Positions 60,102 to 64,000 of a stretch of 64,000 bases of DNA are shown here, piece by piece. Every line of letters begins with the position of its first letter. Within the stretch, counting starts at the first letter, position 1. The position numbers and the translations under genes are program-made. The notes beneath the pieces are model-generated. The model did not search any database. It was not told the origin of the DNA and saw only the letters and a program-made list of their open reading frames with translations. The stretch is from Verrucomicrobiota bacterium (GTDB lineage: Bacteria; Verrucomicrobiota; Lentisphaeria; Lentisphaerales; Lentisphaeraceae), in contig JBDKFG010000019.1 of the NCBI GenBank assembly GCA_039798785.1, positions 1-64,000 of the forward strand, written 5' to 3'.

Positions 60102-61658
60102 TCAGCGCGGGCCGGAGCCGAACTTCTTGAAATCTTTGAGGTTGATGGCGAGCTTGTTGAACTTGTAGTTGAGGACGCGCGGCGTGGTGTTGAGGGCGCG
60201 GGCCGCGGCGGCGGCGTTGCCGCGATGCTTCTTCAAGGCTTCGATGATCAGCTCGCGCTCGTAGGTCTCGACCGCCTGGGCCAGGTCGTTCACCGGCGTG
60301 CTGTCGCTGCTTTCGGTGCTCGCCGCGGTTTGCAGCGAAGGCGGCAGGTTGTACCCGTGGATGACGTCGTCGGTGGTCGCCAGGACGGCCCGCTCGATGC
60401 CGTTCTTGAGCTCGTGGACGTTGCCGGGCCAGTGGTAGGCCATCAGCATGTTGATCGCCGGAGTCGAGATGCGGGTGACGTGGCGGTTGTAGGTGCGGTT
60501 GAAGTCTTCCAGGAAGTGGTCGGCGAGGATGATTATGTCACTCTTGCGTTCGCGCAGGGGCGGCACCACGATGGGGAAGACGTTGAGGCGGTAGTACAGG
60601 CCTTCGCGGAAGCGTCCCTGCTCGAGGTAGTCTTCGAGGTTGCGCGAGGTGGCGGTGATGATCCGGACGTTGATCGACACCGGCTGGGTGCCGCCGACCC
60701 GGACGATGGTCTGGTGTTGCAGGAAGTGCTCGAGGCGGGCCTGGAGGGGGGCCGCCAGCTCCGCGACTTCGTCGATGAAGAGGGTGCCGCCGTGGGCGAG
60801 TTCGAGCAGGCCCTGCTTGATCACCTGGCCGTCGCGCTCGGTGCCGAGCATCTCCTTTTCCAGCAAGGGCTCGGGGATCGAGGCGGTGTTGAGGACCGAG
60901 AAGGGCCCGCCCTGGCGCATGCCGGAGTAGTGGATTGAGCGGGCGACCAGCTCCTTGCCGGTGCCGCTTTCGCCGCGGATCAGCACCGGCGCGTGGGTGT
61001 CGCTGGCCTGCGAAATCAATTCGTAGACCCGCTGCATCGCGCCGCTGTTGCCGATGATGCTGCTCGGCTTGTAGCGGTTGCCGAGCTCCTTCTGCAGGCG
61101 GCTGTTCTCCGCCCGCAATTGCAGCTTCTCCTCGTGCTGGGTGCGGATCTGCGCCACCGCGTCGGCGAGGAGGTTGGCGGTGATCTGCAGCAGCGAGGCG
61201 GCGCGGTGCAGGCGCTCCTCGTCCTTGTTGTCCAGGTCGATCGAGATCGTCCCGATCAGTTGCCCCTCCTTGACCACCGGGACGCAGACGAAGGCGATGT
61301 CCTGGTTGAGACGGGCCAGGGTCCGGTCGAGGAAGCGCGGCTCGGTCCGGACGTCGCGGATGATGACGCCCCGCTTGGTCTTGCCGACCTCGCCCGTCAC
61401 CCCCTCGCCCAGCTTGTAGCGGCCACGCGCCTTCTCCACCGCCGTCAGCCCCTTCGAAGCCTCGATGATCAAGGCGTCCTCCTTGGTGTGGAACAAGGTC
61501 AAGGTCGCCCGCTTCGCCATCAAGTTCTGGTCGAGGATGTCGAGCACCTCGTTGAGCAGGGTGTTGACGTTCTTGTGGCGGACCATCGCCAGCGAGATGT
61601 GGTAGATGGTCAGCATTTCCTTGCTGAAATGGGCTTCGTTGAGCTCGGTCAGGGCCAT
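60102..61658 (-). CDS. NifA-like GAF-AAA+-HTH enhancer-binding-protein homologue lacking GAFTGA
   Basis: GAF (YKLGEGVTG, FVCVPV), GESGTGKELVA, GGTLFIDEV, LYYRLNV, WPGNVHEL, C-terminal Fis-type HTH. Confidence 0.92.
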   Translation of the reverse strand: MALTELNEAHFSKEMLTIYHISLAMVRHKNVNTLLNEVLDILDQNLMAKRATLTLFHTKEDALIIEASKGLTAVEKARGRYKLGEGVTGEVGKTKRGVIIRDVRTEPRFLDRTLARLNQDIAFVCVPVVKEGQLIGTISIDLDNKDEERLHRAASLLQITANLLADAVAQIRTQHEEKLQLRAENSRLQKELGNRYKPSSIIGNSGAMQRVYELISQASDTHAPVLIRGESGTGKELVARSIHYSGMRQGGPFSVLNTASIPEPLLEKEMLGTERDGQVIKQGLLELAHGGTLFIDEVAELAAPLQARLEHFLQHQTIVRVGGTQPVSINVRIITATSRNLEDYLEQGRFREGLYYRLNVFPIVVPPLRERKSDIIILADHFLEDFNRTYNRHVTRISTPAINMLMAYHWPGNVHELKNGIERAVLATTDDVIHGYNLPPSLQTAASTESSDSTPVNDLAQAVETYERELIIEALKKHRGNAAAAARALNTTPRVLNYKFNKLAINLKDFKKFGSGPR

Positions 61659-61913
61659 GTGTGACTCGTTTCGGGTTTTTGTTACGAAAATTGACGGGTT
61701 TGCCCTCAGATTAGCTTCCAATTTCGTATCTTTCAAAGGATTGGCATTACAATTTCGTCTTTAAATTTCTATCAAACCCTCGATTTTTGTGACTTTTCGG
61801 AGCCAGCAAGGAATCCCTGCTACAGGTCGAGAATTTCTCGCAAAAAACCTTGCTTCCGCCCCTACTTCGGGCTTAGACTTGCAAATCCCAAGTCAGACCC
61901 AGTAGGAGCCACC

Positions 61914-64000
61914 ATGCTGTCTCGCCTCGTCTTCCCCTTCCTTCTTTCGCTCAATCTTCCGGTCACGGCGCAAGAAGCCGGTCCTGCCGTCCCGGCCGCC
62001 GAAGTCACGTCCGAGTCGGGCGATTTGCTGGCCTCGGCGCCGCGTCGCGACGCGGTCAAAGCTCGGTACTGGTCCTTGATGAAACGTCTCGAAGCGGAGT
62101 ATCAAGCCAAGAGCCTGGACAAGGACAAGGCGAAGGAGGCAGGAGTCCGCCTGGTTCACGCCTTGGGCGAGCATCTGTGCTTGCCGGAAAGATCCACAGG
62201 GGATTTCGACAAGCTTTTCCAAGACGCCCTGGCCGCCGGCGCCAAGGATCCCTTGATCTCTCTGTGCCGGCTCTATCAGGTCACCCTGCTGAGCCACGAT
62301 CATTCGGAACCTTTGCTCAAGCCGCAGGTTTTCAAGAAAGTCTGTGCCGCGGTCACCCGCCAGTACGGCGAGAGCAGCCTGGCGAATTACCTGGCCTTGC
62401 TCTTGCCAATCAATTTCGACCATTCTCAGCACGGCGCGATCGTAGGCTACGTCTTCGAATATCAGAAGATGGAGAAGGCCGAGCCGCTGCTGAAGAATCT
62501 CCAGGCTTTGCGTCAGCAAGTAGGCGGGGATCTCGATCAGGAGGAGCAGCTTGCCAATCTCTGGTTTTCCGCCTTCCGGTGGCAGGCGCAGTCGACCAAT
62601 TTCTACGGCGCCAATCGCGGTGCGCTCAACCAGAAATTCTTCGACGATCTCGCCGCCGCGGACTGGCAGGCCCTGATGCCCGACACCCGCATCGCCAATT
62701 GGCTGCAAGCCCAGCAAGCCCAGTACCGCGGCTGGAAAGCCCGCGGCCAGGGCTTCGCCAACAGCGTCAGCAAAGAGAACTTCAACACCTTCCACGACGA
62801 GATGCGCTCCGGCCGGGACGCGGTGCGGGACGACGACAGCGCCATCGGCGAATACTGGCGGATCAAATGCGGCTTCCACCTCGACCGGCTCGAGGCGGAG
62901 GATTTCTGCGAATTCATCTACCGCCATGCCCACAGCCCCAGCTCCCGGGCGTTGAACCGCCAGTTCGGCTTCTTCAGCCGTCGCTGGGGAGGCGATTTCG
63001 CCTCGCTCATCGCCGTCCAAAGCCGATTTCTCTCCGCCTGCCGCCAGGCCAAGCGCAGCGACCTCGCCGCCATCACCTGCGACAGCCTGTCCTCGGCGGT
63101 CAGGGAATGCCAAGCCGACGAGCCGGGATGCCAGAAAAAACTGCTCGAGCTGGACGGTCTGCTCGACGACTTCGCCGCCCTGCTCCGGGGCTGCCCGGCG
63201 AGCGACCCCAAGTCCCTTCGCCGGCTCCTCGGCTGGACCCTGGCCCTGACCCAGTCGGGCGGCGCTTACCGCCAGCTCCTCCAAGATGGCCAGAAAAGCC
63301 TCGGCGAGCCCGATTACAGGCCGGAAGATCCCTGCCAGCTCCTCTTCGGCGACACCTGGCAGGAACTCCATGAATTCCGCCTCGCCTGCGGCCATCCTCT
63401 GCTCGGCCGGGAATTGCAGGAGCTCGGCCGCCCCGAACCCGAAAACAACCTGGAAGATGTCGCTCGCTACGCCAAGGTCTACCGGATGATGGCCCGCAGC
63501 GGCGAAATGGGCGACCCCTCCGACGCCTATTTCAAGGCCAAGTCTTTCCGCTTCAAGGAGGCTGGCGAGATCGTCAAGGGCAAGGTCCTGAGCGTTCCCG
63601 CGGACGCCTTGGCCTGGTCCGGCAGCCCGGTCTTCGACGGCAAGGGCGGCGTCAGCGCCGTCAAGAAAGCCGTCCTCAACCTCCATCCCATCGCCTTCGC
63701 GCAAGGAGCCGACATCAGCTTTACCGTGCATGCCGAGCCGGGGGCCAAGGTGACCGAGATCAATCTTTCTCATGGGGCCGGATTGCGGATCGGTGACGGC
63801 ACTCTGGTGGCCACCGGCAGCGGCGACGAAGGTTTCTTCAGGCGCGGCATCATGCCCTTCACCAGCGCCCAGGACTTCCGGGTCCGGCTGCAATGCTGTG
63901 ACGGCACACTCGCCATCCATGTCAACGAGCAGCTGACCAACTACCTGCCCGGCAAGGGCGGCGCCAGCCTCTCCATCTCGGTCGTCGAGCCGGCCGCCAA
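61914..64000 (+). CDS. Large secreted hypothetical protein with a DUF4034-like motif; 3' end outside the window
   Basis: AGGAG RBS, then ATG 61914 MLSRLVFPFLLSLNLPVTAQE. The frame appears open to the window edge, so it is missing from the ORF track. Contains GWKARGQGFANSVSKENFNTFHDEM. Confidence 0.7.
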   Translation, partial: MLSRLVFPFLLSLNLPVTAQEAGPAVPAAEVTSESGDLLASAPRRDAVKARYWSLMKRLEAEYQAKSLDKDKAKEAGVRLVHALGEHLCLPERSTGDFDKLFQDALAAGAKDPLISLCRLYQVTLLSHDHSEPLLKPQVFKKVCAAVTRQYGESSLANYLALLLPINFDHSQHGAIVGYVFEYQKMEKAEPLLKNLQALRQQVGGDLDQEEQLANLWFSAFRWQAQSTNFYGANRGALNQKFFDDLAAADWQALMPDTRIANWLQAQQAQYRGWKARGQGFANSVSKENFNTFHDEMRSGRDAVRDDDSAIGEYWRIKCGFHLDRLEAEDFCEFIYRHAHSPSSRALNRQFGFFSRRWGGDFASLIAVQSRFLSACRQAKRSDLAAITCDSLSSAVRECQADEPGCQKKLLELDGLLDDFAALLRGCPASDPKSLRRLLGWTLALTQSGGAYRQLLQDGQKSLGEPDYRPEDPCQLLFGDTWQELHEFRLACGHPLLGRELQELGRPEPENNLEDVARYAKVYRMMARSGEMGDPSDAYFKAKSFRFKEAGEIVKGKVLSVPADALAWSGSPVFDGKGGVSAVKKAVLNLHPIAFAQGADISFTVHAEPGAKVTEINLSHGAGLRIGDGTLVATGSGDEGFFRRGIMPFTSAQDFRVRLQCCDGTLAIHVNEQLTNYLPGKGGASLSISVVEPAA

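Noticed and set aside
20600..61760. Sigma54 -24/-12 candidates (tggtacggagacttgg at about 20601; ttggcattacaatttcg at 61741)
   Set aside because: The required GG-N10-GC spacing is not met in either.
2617..63920. Many long antisense or alternate-frame ORFs in the track (e.g. 2617..4188 -, 10883..13183 +, 22593..24428 -, 34812..37781 +, 57956..60130 +, 61893..63920 -)
   Set aside because: They shadow well-supported genes and have no recognisable motifs. Such ORFs are expected in high-GC DNA with few stop codons.

Overview
High-GC bacterial chromosomal window, probably from the PVC superphylum (Lentisphaerae, Verrucomicrobia or Planctomycetes). This is inferred from the sulfatase cluster, the FGE-domain and PQQ-propeller proteins and the class II DAHP synthase. 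In order it holds: the 3' end of a kduD-like SDR, followed by a decayed 2.3-kb islet (IS110 and integrase remnants plus an AT-rich orphan gene) that ends in a second copy of the kduD 3' end; a beta-helix protein; a NagA homologue with degenerate active-site residues coupled to a class II DAHP synthase; cysD-cysN; a nitrite/sulfite reductase with a TusA-like tail and an NsrR-like Rrf2 regulator; three sulfatases and a SASA esterase; a 1549-aa cadherin/Ig-repeat serralysin-like RTX protein; a serine protease; an LTA-synthase-family gene with a two-component system; housekeeping genes (aguB-like, fba, aroE, dtd, UDP-GlcA decarboxylase, two tRNA-Gly, dnaN-recF); an orphan eboE; a TolC + adaptor + GAF-adaptor + M50-protease-adaptor export operon with no ABC or RND pump; a PQQ-propeller protein; an S41 protease; a NifA-like regulator lacking GAFTGA; and a partial DUF4034-like protein. 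The intergenic DNA carries a recurring (GAAAGGTT)n...(AACCTTTC)n inverted-repeat family and a 138-bp MITE with a 6-bp target duplication. All calls come from reading motifs by eye; no searches were run.
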